Source: Lama glama (Eukaryota). From it: DNA of 64,000 bases. Of this stretch, positions 25,901 to 37,330 are shown in pieces. Both the position numbers and the translations under genes were made by a program. Location: the NCBI GenBank assembly GCA_028534125.1, contig CM052824.1:60636001-60700000 (forward strand). The letters are read 5' to 3'. The notes beneath the pieces were generated by a model. The model was not told the DNA's origin. It saw only the letters and a program-made list of their open reading frames with translations, and made no database searches. Position 1 is the stretch's first letter, and every line of letters starts with the position of its first letter.

Positions 25901-27780
25901 TGAAACCCCAAACAAGGCACCTGACGGCGAGGAAGCGCGTGCTCGCCCCGAGGTCGGGACTGAGGCCACAGCCCGCACGACGCTGAAGTTCCAGCCAGCC
26001 CCCAGGCAAGGCGCAGAAAAGGCGTCCAGGTCAGCACAGAAGGAGTGACATGGCCCTACTTCCCCGACTTTACACTGATGGAACCTACAGAAAAGAGACC
26101 AGAGTGGGCTGCAGGGCTGCAGGTGCCATGTCTACCTACAAAAGTCAATTCTGCCAGCGACTTACAGTCCGCAACTGAAACTCAAGAAACAGCGCTACTT
26201 ACAGTAACACCAGAAAGAAAATGGAGAGGAAAGCTTGGAGATTAACGAATCAACCTGACAAACAGCCTCACAGACTGAAGACTACGGAACTATGAAGCAC
26301 GGCTGAGAAGAATTAGAAACAACGTGGGTAAACAGAGCAGCACACCTTAGCCGTGGGGGGGACCCAGCACTTAAATGTGTGTTCTTCCCAAATTGATCTG
26401 TCAATCCAACTCGATCCCAACCAAAACTGCAACAAGATTTTTTTCACAGAAATTGACATTGATTCTAAAATTCCTATGGAAATGCAGATGACCTAGAGCA
26501 GCTGTACCAGCTCCAAAAAGGAACAGAGCTGGAGAGTTGGTACCACCTGGTTTCAGGAACCACAAAGCTAACAATCAACACCAGCACAGCACTGACACAG
26601 ATGATTAGACCAACTGAACACGACAGAGCACAGACAACTGGTTTTTGACAAGAATGCGAAGGTAACGCAGTGAAGAACGCACAGTCTTTACAACAAGCGG
26701 AACTGGAACTGGACGTCCCGGTGCGAAACCACGAACCCGGATGCAGACCCTGCATCATACCCCAAAAGAAAGATCATGGACCCAAAAGGAAACTTTAAAG
26801 CTATAAAACTGCTAGAGGAAAACAGAAGAGAGAACCTCTGTGGCCCTGGGTTAGGGAAGGTTTCTCAGCTACAACGCCGGAAGCTCTTCAAATGGCACAG
26901 TGAAGACAGGAAAGTGACAGACTCAGAGAAGCTTCTGCAGAGTCTAACTGTGAAAAGGAACGCACATCCAGAGACATACAGAACCCTCAACGCACCAACA
27001 AGACGACTCCACTTAAACAACAGGCGGACATCCGAGCACACTTCTCCACGGGAGACACAGACGGCGAGTAAGCACAGGGAAAGATGCCCAGCAGCCCCCG
27101 TATGCAGGAGGCGCTGGTGAGGGCCGCGCCGCCGCCCCGCATCGGTCAGGACGGCTGAGACTCCAGGGAACGACCACACTGCACGCTGCTGAGGGCGCCG
27201 TGCGGGCACCTGGGACAGTGTGATGTTCTGAGCAGCCAGACACACGCGGGGAAACATGACGCAGCCGGTCCACACCCAGGCACCTACGCACAGGGGTGAA
27301 ACCGTGTCCCTGCAAAACCTGCCAGCGAGTGCTCGCCGCAGCTTTGTGGCTGACAGCCAAGACCTGGAAGTGGCCCAGGCCGTCTCAACAGGTGTGTGAT
27401 CAACACTGGGGCAAATCCACACGACAGGCCGCAACCCAGAGTGGAAGCAAAAGCCCCAGCTACCGACACAGCAACACAGAAGAGTCTCACAATGAGTACG
27501 CCGAGCGGAAGAAGCCAGACCAAAGACCCCAAAACTTCATGTACAGAAAGCTCTCGACAAGGCAACCCCACCCACACTGAGAGGGGCTGGCTGGCGGCCT
27601 CGGGGTCGGCGTGCGGGGGGCAGCAGGGAGGGGCCGCTGCGGGCACCGGGACCCTTTGTGGCGGAGGGGCAGGCTCCCCGTCTCGACTGCAGCCACGAGT
27701 TCGGCCACATCCTCACGCGGCTCTAAGCGTGCGCAGCTGTTGCGTTCCTCATGCCCTTAAAAGGCTGCCTTTAAAACGAC
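22950..27780 (+). mobile_element. Long, heavily decayed LINE-1 (L1M class) with ORF1, ORF2 endonuclease/RT and 3' UTR remnants
   Basis: ORF1-like sequence at 23.4-23.8 kb. Endonuclease start at about 24280 (cttaacggtgtgaacacc...cctacaagaaacccacttt, LNG.N.P...LQETH). RT region at 25.5-25.9 kb (ctgataccaaaac, agaccaatatcc, gcatttgacaaaatccagcacccattcctgat). 3' end at 27.0-27.8 kb. No intact frame. Confidence 0.88.
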
Positions 27781-29399
27781 TATACGGCAATGACCCCAAC
27801 CGCAGCCTTCACGGCCCAGGACCTGCTTGTCCTCCGGCTTTAAACAGTCCCCACGGGGCGACAGCCACTGCAGACCTCTTCCATCCCAAAAAGGTGTCCC
27901 GGAACACCGCCGTGGCGCCTGGAAGCCACTTCCTTCCCCAGGGCAGGAGCCTGCAAGCCTCCCCTTAAAGGCCCAACTGCTCCTGCGGCCTTGCGGACAG
28001 TCCTCACCACCACAGGCCCAGTGAACGCAGAGGAGAGTGGCCGCCAGCCACCCCCAAAGATAGAGTCCCCGAGGGCGGGGGCGGGGCTGCAGCCCAGTGG
28101 CTCTGCAGGGTTGGGGGGCGGTGCGCATCACCCGGGAACTTCCTAGAATGCAAATTCCCAGGACCCACCTCAGACCCCGGAATCTGAAACTCCGGGGGTG
28201 GGACCCACAAGCCGGGCATTTAAGAATCCTCAGCCTCCAGTTTCAGAGCCGAGAACGCCAGCAAGAAAGGTGGCCTGGTCCAGAACCAGGCGCAAGCAGG
28301 CGGGCAGCCAGCCCGCAGCAGGAAGCTGTAGCCCACGCCCCCAGGAGGCGCCGGCCCTTTGATGAAGCATGAAGCAAGCCCGCCGCCTCCGTGCGCTCAC
28401 GGGGAAGCTTTCAAAACAGAGAGAAAGGAAACGAGACTCCCGAAAAACCTGTCACTAATAGCTCTTGCTGGCTCTTCTCGCTCTCGACAAAGAGTTTTCA
28501 ACTCATTAAAAAAAACCATTACACAGTCATCTTGGTTCACCTTCTTTCTTGACTCTGCACTCCTCTCAACAGAATCTGAAACTCAGTCACTTCGGGGATG
28601 ACTGAATCCTAGACTAAGGGGCCTGAGCCATCCCCCCACATCACTCAGGCCCGTACTCAGCCACAGGCACTGCCTGCAAGGCCTTCGAGGATACCGAGTC
28701 CTGTGTGGACACGCACGCACGCCCGGCATGAAACAAGACACTTGGAGAAAATAAACCCTGGTTATCTGAGGGTGACTTCTGGTTAGAGTCACAAATAACT
28801 GGCAATACCACATTTTCCTTTTGAAGCACTCTTTATGCCCTTCCTTCCTGAGTGCCTGAAATGTCAAAACCTTTTGCAAATCCAGAGAAACACATCAAAA
28901 AGAGATAATAGTTAAAATGCATGACGAAGAAAGAGAGCCTGTTTCAAGATGGAGGAACAAAAACGCTTCAACCCCATCTCCTCAAAACCCTGCCAGAGCC
29001 CTGCTCTCCATGAAAGAAGAACCATGCTAACCCTGGGCAACCAGGGAGGGTGAGGGGCGGGGAGGAGGCTGGGCAGCCACCACAGAGACAGCCCCGGGAG
29101 ATGCCAGCCGCCCCGGGGGCAGAGAGGAAGCCTCCTGGGAGCACAGCCTGTGAGCCCCGGAGAGGAGCCACGCAGTGGACCCCGGGAGCCTGCTGCACCA
29201 CCACCACCCAGCGCGTCAGGAATCATCACCGTGGGGAGAGCCAGCCTGGCGAAGCCCAGGTCCAGAAAGAGACAGGATTTCCAAGGAAACCACTGTCAGT
29301 ATCCCTGGGGATGGGAGACAAGACACCACATCCACGAGACAAGAACAGGTCTGAATGTCTGCAAAAGAAAAAACAACTGGTTGTGGAGCTGAGCTGTTG

Positions 29400-29600
29400 A
29401 CTGACCTTAAATGCCGTTCTGCAAAAAAAGAAAAACACAAGATGTCTTCGAAATTAAAAATGAAATCACAAAAAGCCAAAGTCGACAGGTTAAAGAGCAA
29501 ATGTCAGATGATAAAGTGAAGGACATCTTCAGAAAGTGACACCAAGAGATGGTGAGAGAGCAGAACACGGCTGTCAAAGGCCAACATCCAGCCAGAGGCC
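29400..29600 (+). mobile_element. Possible ancient L1/HAL1 ORF1 fragment
   Basis: A-rich tract (gaaattaaaaatgaaatcac...gataaagtgaaggacatcttcagaaag) resembling L1 ORF1 coiled-coil DNA. Confidence 0.4.
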
Positions 29601-32600
29601 AAGACAGCGATGAACTGGTGGCCAGGAAGCACCGCCAAGCGTCCACACCTAGAGCAGGGCCTCTGGGAACCAGGGCACACAGGTGCCCAGCACGGGGCAG
29701 ACAGGACGCACCAGGCCTGCTGTGGCCACCTTCCAGACGCTGGGCTCAGAAGGCAAGGCAGATCAAGTGCCAAGGCCAGCACACAGGGACCCCCCCGGAG
29801 GGGACAGCAACACGCAGCGGGGCAGAAAACCACGACTGACCCAGGACCCAGGAAGGACAGGAAGCAAGATCGGGACACGTACGCCGGCTCAGGGTGAACA
29901 CGCCCAACAGGAGGGTCGTCATAATCAGCACAAAGGGTGATTTACCCAAACCTGAGATGCAAGGCGGTGAGCAGGCCTGGAGGGGCGGCAGGCACAGGTA
30001 ACGGGAAACACGGGGTCAAGAGGAAGACAGGCAACCAACAGGAAACCCCGCCCAAAGCCGAGCGGGAAGACAGGCCGGGATGCCAGCCGCCCTTTAGCCA
30101 CAGACCTCAGGCAAGGGCAAAATGCAAAGAGGACACTGCGCCAGGGTGAGAACAGACGTCAAAGCCTCCAGCCCCAACAGATGGAGGGTGGCATCAGCGT
30201 GCCCGGGGCGCAGGCCCACAACTGCTGTCTCATGACACAGCAGGCCTGGCTGGGCAGCGTGGGGCTGAAAGCCACCTGTGCCCGCCCAGAATGTCCCCGG
30301 GTCTGCATCGCCCATCCCGAGGCAGCGGTGGCAACCGGGAGTGCACGGAGGACAGTCTGGCAGCCAGGGGGCACATTTCGATGTGTCCAGGCGGAGCAGC
30401 AAGTAAATCAAAATGGAAAGCAGCCAAACACCTCACAGGGCCCCGAGTGTTCAGCCCAGCAGCTCCTGGGACGAGGCCGCTTCATGGAGGGCTACTCCAG
30501 GGACAGGGAGGTGACGAGACGGACCTGGGGGGCGGTGCGCTCCAGGAGGGTGGGGCCAGTGCCTCCATCAGCACCACAGCGGGTGATAACTCCTCTCTGG
30601 GCTCGTAGCCCGACGGTGTCTCATCTAAGGGAGGGGACAGGGCCAGTGCGCTGCAGAGGGGGACACAGGCCCGCCCAGCCAGCACTCCAGGCAGGTGCAT
30701 CCAGCTAAACTATGGCCCAATGTACATGGCGGAACTTCCAGACTATCCAGAATCAACATCTGGAGACAAACAGGCAGCTCCCACGTGCGTCAGGAAGCCT
30801 GGGAGAAACAGCCACCCCCGAGCCCACCAAGAGCCACTTACTGGTGAGAATCTGGGACAGAGAGCACACAGCACGCTCACCACGGCTCAGCCCCACAGAG
30901 GTGCTCAACACTACAGGACTGCAGCCCCGAAGGCTGCCCCCGCGGCCACAGTCCAGGTCCCCCACGGCCCAGAGACGGTCAGGCTGTCTTTGCTCTTGGC
31001 CCCTCTGGCCCTCCTCCGACTGCAGGGCAGGCAGCAAAGGACAGCACCAGTGAGCGCAGTCCCCCTCCGTGGCCGGGGCAAGGGCACACCACTAAGATGG
31101 CAGAGCAGTGGGGATGCATGGGCCTGAGATGGCCCCTCGGTCAGAGGAGGCCCTTGGAGTAATCAACACGGCAGGGGTGCAGCGTGGAGAACCAAGCCCC
31201 TTCCTCTACAGCGCTGGGCACTCCATCAGTGGTGCCCATGGACCACCAACACCAAGCCTGGCCCAGGCCTCTGCCGGCAGGTGTCTGCCCCCTCCCCCGG
31301 CACTACCGCCTGGCCACCATGAGGCTCGTCCCACAGGGGCAGCGCTCCCTGGGCCACATCCCACAGCATCCAAGTGATGATCTCTGGGCTCTACACACAC
31401 CACACAGACCCTGACACCAGGTGGGCAGGGAAGGGGCAGCACATGGCCACAGCTTGTTCTGCCCACTCACCTGCAACACCCCTGGGTGGGCTTCGGCGGG
31501 TGGGCGGGCCGGAGCGCACACAGCACCCACCTGAAAGCACCCCAGTGCCGCCGCCACCGCCTCCTCCTCCTCGGACAACTGGGCTGTGGAGCACATGGCT
31601 AGTTTATTAGCAAATGCACACGCATTGCGAACACGGCCCCGGGAACAAAGGCAAAGCCCCTGGTAGAGGCTGCAGCCTTGGGGACGAGGCGTGTGTGCAG
31701 GAGAAATTGAGAGAACCTCAGTTCGCACACCGTTCCCTCCAAGTGCCTGTCCGAGGACAGACCTGTGCTCACATCCTTCCCCATCGTGGAAGGCTGGCCC
31801 CCGGGACACACCACTCAAGGGCACGTGACAGACAGGAGGACGGACACTGATTGGGAGCCGTACCCAGGGAGGATGTGGCTCCCGGGCCCGGGGGCTCCCG
31901 GCCCGCGCCCCCACGCTGCAGGCTCGGACAGGGGAGGCTGGGCATTACGTGCCTGGCACCCCACGGAGCAGCTGGAGCAGCTGGGGCCAAACCGGGCCGT
32001 GAAATGCTCGATTAGGCAACCCTTGTTTTCTTCCTGAGGCTCCACATTCACAGCCTCCTACTGACAAGCTGGACTCACTGGGAGGCTCTTCTGGAGACAC
32101 TGCCAGACCCTGGCCTTGACCACGGAACCCGCCCAGGGACCGTACAGACAGGTGGGGACCCACGGGGCTGTGCATGTCTTCACACTCCGTCTTCTCTTCG
32201 GGTACAAATCGCAGGGCTGCCTGGCCTCTGATGAAAGTTCTGGCATCACTTTGTGGTCAGCAGCTCAAGCAGGTAACAGCCCTAAGCAGGTGCAAAGCAG
32301 GGAACCCTCAGGGACCCTGCATCCCGCTGGGTGGGGCCAGGAGCCCAGACGGCCCGGGAGGCCTGGAGTGGGGGCAGCCTCCCTGGCCGCCCCGGGACCA
32401 CCTTGCCAGGCCCAGGGGCGTTCACCCTACAACAGCACCTACTGCTCTCAAAACACTCACCTTTCTCTAGAGCAGCTAAAGACGAATCACCCTTTTATAC
32501 CTCACAGGGTTGTCAGAAATCTGAGGTAGAATAAAGGTTTATTTTTGAAATGAAACAAAAAAAAGGACAGTTTTCAATCCTCTCCATCCCACCTCAAAGC

Positions 32601-34804
32601 CAAGTGACAAGCACGTGCGGAGAGACACTGTCTTCAGCAGCCACCAAGGGTGGCCCCGTCATGACCCAACCCCGTGCTGAGATCGGCTCCCGCCCCCCAG
32701 GGGCTCCGGCTCGGGGGCGGACACGTCCACCGCAAGGGGCTGCGCTCAGTTAGCCCCGAGCACCCGGTAAGCAGCTCCCCGACAGCGAGCGGTCAGGAGT
32801 GGACGGGCCGTGCGTGCCACGGGGTGTGGGGGCGGCGAGGGGCTCACAGAAAAGACACCCGGAGGAACCGGGTCCCAGTGCGCGGCCAAAACAGGGACAA
32901 CTGCGGCATCAAGATAGCGATCAGAACAACCGCAACACTGCAAGGGGCTGAGCTGAGTTTGGTGACACTGCCCAGCAGGATGAGGGGGGCAGCACTCCCG
33001 GAGGCGAGAGAGGTGGGCAGACTGACCAAGCCCAGAGGGAGGATGAACCCACCGGGAGGACGTTCACGGGGCCGGGATGCTGACGGGGCCTAAAGTCTCC
33101 CCACAGATTACTTTTTAACCATGGAGGGCAAGGCGGACCCCACCCACGAGCATGATTCAGGATGCTGTCCCCAGGAGAGGTGACCATCCAAGCTGCCTGC
33201 ACAGGGCTCCAGTCCCAAATGCCACCTCTGTCCCACCAGAAGACACGCCAGGCACAGGCTGGAGGGGGAGTCCACGGGACAGCCCCGCCCTCCAAACAAA
33301 TATGGTCACGCGGACCAGAGCCAGGCAGGATCCCAGAGGACCGGGGCCCAGGAACAGACAGCCTGACCACAGGCAGGTCCTGGGAGGAAGCAAACCACTG
33401 AAGGAGGACAGAAGGGCGACGGGAGGAGGACTGGGCCCTGGGCAGCCGCTGGACCACAGCCACACACCAAGGGCCACAGGGGTGGACACATGCCAGTGTG
33501 GCAGGAAGCAGCAGCAGCGAGCCTGGTGAGCCCTGCTCTCCAAACTCCCCTGCAGGTCTGAAGACTTCTCAGAGTAAGAAGTCCTGAACCATGAAGGGGC
33601 ACCAGGCCGACAGATGCTGCAGCAGCCAGGGCACAGGGCCACCCTGCAACCTGGGGACACGAGGACATGTGGGAACACGTGCCAAGAGCCGACACCAGCA
33701 CTCGGGGATGCGCGCGTGTGCAGGACGACGGCCTCCCTCAGCACGCAAGGCACACTGAGTGGTTTTTCTGAAACACGGACCCAAAAGCATCAGAAACTTG
33801 ACAGCAGCTTGACAGCCAACTGAAAATTCCACATCTCCTGAACAGTAACAAACGCTGGTAGCCGACAACAGGTCTCCAACTCCAGTTCAGCTCTCTGTCA
33901 CGAGGAACACAGCCCCCGAGGACCTGGACCAACAGAAGCAGGCGGACAGAGAGCCCCACCTGCTGTAGCCAGGACTGCAGGACCGGGACCCCGACTCCTG
34001 TCCGGCCAAGGCTCTTGACCTGGGAAGTCAGCTCCGCGCCCCTGCCCCACTGGCCCTTCCCTCCAGAGATTGCTGCCCACCAGCGCCCAGGAACCTCGGG
34101 GCAGGGCTCTCCAAGCACCGGCTTGTTTGCACTCTCTGACAACCTCACTTTCCCCAACAAGAGCCACCCTGGGGTCAGTCTCGCCCCATTCAGAAGGAGA
34201 CTGCGGTGAGGGTGTGGGCTCATTTACCTAAATCATTGCTTGAAGGGTTATCCACCAACCTAGCTCTGAAACAGAATGCCGGTCTTCCCTCCCACCACGG
34301 GGTCGTCTGAAAGCTGAACTTGGCAGAGAAGGGACTCGCCACGCCCATCACCAGGCACGACCTACTGGCAGGGCAGGCCTAACACAGAGCCCGGAGCCCA
34401 GAGCCTCAGCCGGTGCCCCTTGGGCCCCCAGGACAGTGGTGGCTCCCAGCATCCCAGCAGGACCACACGCAGAGGCCCAGGTGAAATGCACCGACACGCC
34501 CCACCTCGGACAGCTCCTCACAGAAGGCAGCTGAGCTCTGGGAAACCCACGGGGAGGCCGGTGGGGGGCACACTGACAACAGGTGGCATGGGCCCCTGTC
34601 CACTGACGAGCCCGTCATGGCACAGGGAGGCTTCGGTGCCTGGCGCACACGCGTGCGCCGTCGTCCTGCACCTGCTGGCAACCATCCGCCTGGCCCGGCT
34701 GGACTCCTGGACGGCTTGTCAGCCCGCTGCCTCCTGTCAGACTTCTGGCCTTGGAAAGAGAGGGTGGGACAGCTGACGGCACGGCCACAGGGCTGAGGCA
34801 CCCT

Positions 34805-34895
34805 CATCCCTCCGTTTTACAAACGGGACAAGGCTCCAGAAGTGCCACGGCCTTGGATCCAGAGAGGCAGCCGAGCCAGGATCTGGGCCCAGGGA
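34805..34895 (-). mobile_element. Degenerate MIR fragment
   Basis: ccgttttacaaacgggacaaggctc...gagccaggatctg resembles the MIR core. Confidence 0.45.
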
Positions 34896-36589
34896 TCAGG
34901 TTTAGGAATCCATGCCCCTAGTCACGTGGTTACGCTGCCTCACTGAACTTCCAGAAACGTCAACTTAACCAGAAGAACCGAAGAGTCATACTCCCTGCTA
35001 TTTGCACAGAGAAGATGGGGGAAAGAAAACAGAGGTTAAAATCAGACCCAACCACAGAGATTTTTGATTCATTTGCGGAGGCAGGGATTTCCAACCCTCC
35101 GTTTCTACCCCAAACACCAGGAGCCACTCTCACTGCGGCCAGTGGTCACAGGAGGCCCTGCCCAGGTTCCCACTGCCAGGCCTGCCTTCTGACTCTGACC
35201 AGGGGGTCATCTCCACCCACCGAGTAGGCACCCAGCAGTATTTGCAAAACTAAACTCAAGGACTGCCCTTTCGAGATCTACCCCAAGGAGCCACCCTCAC
35301 ACCCCAGACTCTCACCCACATTCAACAGGAGACAAAGCAGGACAAAAGAGCAGGGAGTCACCCTGGCCTGGGATCCACCCAGGGTCCAGCCTGCTCCCGA
35401 CACAGGAGGCCAACAGCAAAGACAGCAGCTCAGTCAGTGCAGCCCAGGGCCCGGGATAGGGGCAGCGTGGATGCAGCCCGTCCTTGCCAAGGCGACCATC
35501 CAGGCCCCAAGGGTCACCCCATGACCTCAAGGCCACCAGGGGCTCCAGGGAAGGCGTGTAGCCCCCTCCTCGAGCCTCACGCCCATGGTCACTTACACAT
35601 GCTGGCCTCCCCGTGAGGTGCCAGAGCTTGACTGTGTGTGGCCCGCCTGGAGGACCAGTATCTCCTGGGCCACTGGGCTCCACGGCCTCCTGAAACCAGC
35701 AGACACAACGTGAAATCATGGCTGGGAGTCGGCCTGGACCGAACAGCCCGCAAGAGGGGCGCAAGCTGTGCAGACAGGGCCAGCCGCGTGGGAACAGTGC
35801 TCAGAGGCGGGGGGAGGGGGTCAAGCAGCCAGCGGCCCTGGGCGCAGGCTCCCCGAGCCAAGCTGGATGGGACTGCAGGGCCACCAGACCCGCTCCCAAG
35901 CACGGTGTCTCCCTCTCCCACCGGCACCTCTGGGCCCCTCTTCTACCCTCGGAGAAGTCAGCACCCGGCCACCGGGCTGCCCTGCCCCAAGCTGTCCCCA
36001 CACTGCTGGGGGAGGGGGGGTCCCTTTGCTCTGGGTCCCCAGGCCATCTACACTTGGTGACAAGATTAAGAGGAAAGGGACACAAGTGTGGTGAGCAGCA
36101 TCCTTTCAGTGAGTCCCCCATTTCTTGCTAAAAGAACTTTCTCCAGGAACTGGCAGGACACAGACCTGAGAGAGAAGGAAGCTCGGGCCAGGCTCACCAG
36201 GCCACCCTCAGAGCCTAGAGCCCGCCCCGCCCCTTGGCTGAGGCCAGCCGTCTGTCCAGAGCCCCGCGTCCCGGGCACAGGCACCCGTGCACCCACAGCT
36301 CTCCCACAGGCCTCCGGAGGCGCAGGCCGCCCCGCGCTCCCAGCCCCGGCCCTCTGCAGGCTCTGCCCTGGCCCCGGCCGCCACCTGCCAGGCGCACAGC
36401 AGGCGCCCCAGAGGAGACGACCTGGCCCACACCCAGGCCTGCCGGCTGCACCCCGCTGTCGGTAAGGACCCCCGCCCTGTGCCACTCCAGCCTCTGACGT
36501 CCCAGTGCCACACAGGTAGGACTAAACCACGGCGAACACAGCGGACAGAGCATCAGTCACCCACCACGTGATGTGCACGGGGAACAGGC

Positions 36590-37330
36590 AGAACTCCCAC
36601 AGCTGAGCAAAACCAAACAGCCGGCCCAATTCAGAAGGGACCAAGGACTTGACAGACCCTCCCCGAAGACGACCCGCAGGGCCCTCGCGCACACGAGGTG
36701 CTCAGCACCACCGACCTCCAGGGAAGCAAACCGCAGCGCAGCGAGACTCCACCGTGCGCCCGTCGGGGTGGCCACTATCGAAAACCAGAACAGCANNNNN
36801 NNNNNNNNNNNNNNNNNNNNNNNNNNNNNNNNNNNNNNNNNNNNNNNNNNNNNNNNNNNNNNNNNNNNNNNNNNNNNNNNNNNNNNNNNNNNNNNCTAAA
36901 ACACAGATTCAATCCGGGTGTCCACCTACAGAAGGTGGATAAACAAACCGTGGCCCAGCCACACAGTGGAGCATCATTCAGCCCTAAAGAGGAAGGAGAT
37001 TCTGAACGGCTACCACGTGGATGCACCTTGAGGACACTGCGCTCAGCGGAATAAGCCGTCACAACAGGCCACTGTGTGGCCCCACTTCTGTGAGGTCCCT
37101 GGAGGGGTCAAAATCCTACAAGCAACAAGTAGGAGGGTGGGGGCCTGGGGCTGGGGGGGTGAGGAGTGAGTGTTGAGTAGGGACAGAACTTCAGTTTGGA
37201 AGAGAAGGCTCTGGCAACAATGGTGGTGATGGCTGCACAACTGTGAATGTGCTGAATGCCCCAGAGCTGTGCCCTTAAAGATGGTTAAGAAATTTTCTGA
37301 TATGCATATTTCACCACACACAAAAAAATA
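36590..37330 (+). mobile_element. LINE-1 (L1MB-like) 3' end spanning a 100-N gap
   Basis: ggataaacaaa..gtgg, attcagccctaaagaggaaggagattctga, gatggctgcacaactgtgaatgtgct, cttaaagatggttaa and an A tail. Confidence 0.88.
36796..36895. other. Assembly gap of exactly 100 N (conventional unknown-size gap)
   Basis: Counted 100 N. Other N-runs are at 39644-39823, 43126-43256, 47871-48074, 48167-48322, 48885-49060, 49081-49359 and 59422-59553. Confidence 0.95.
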
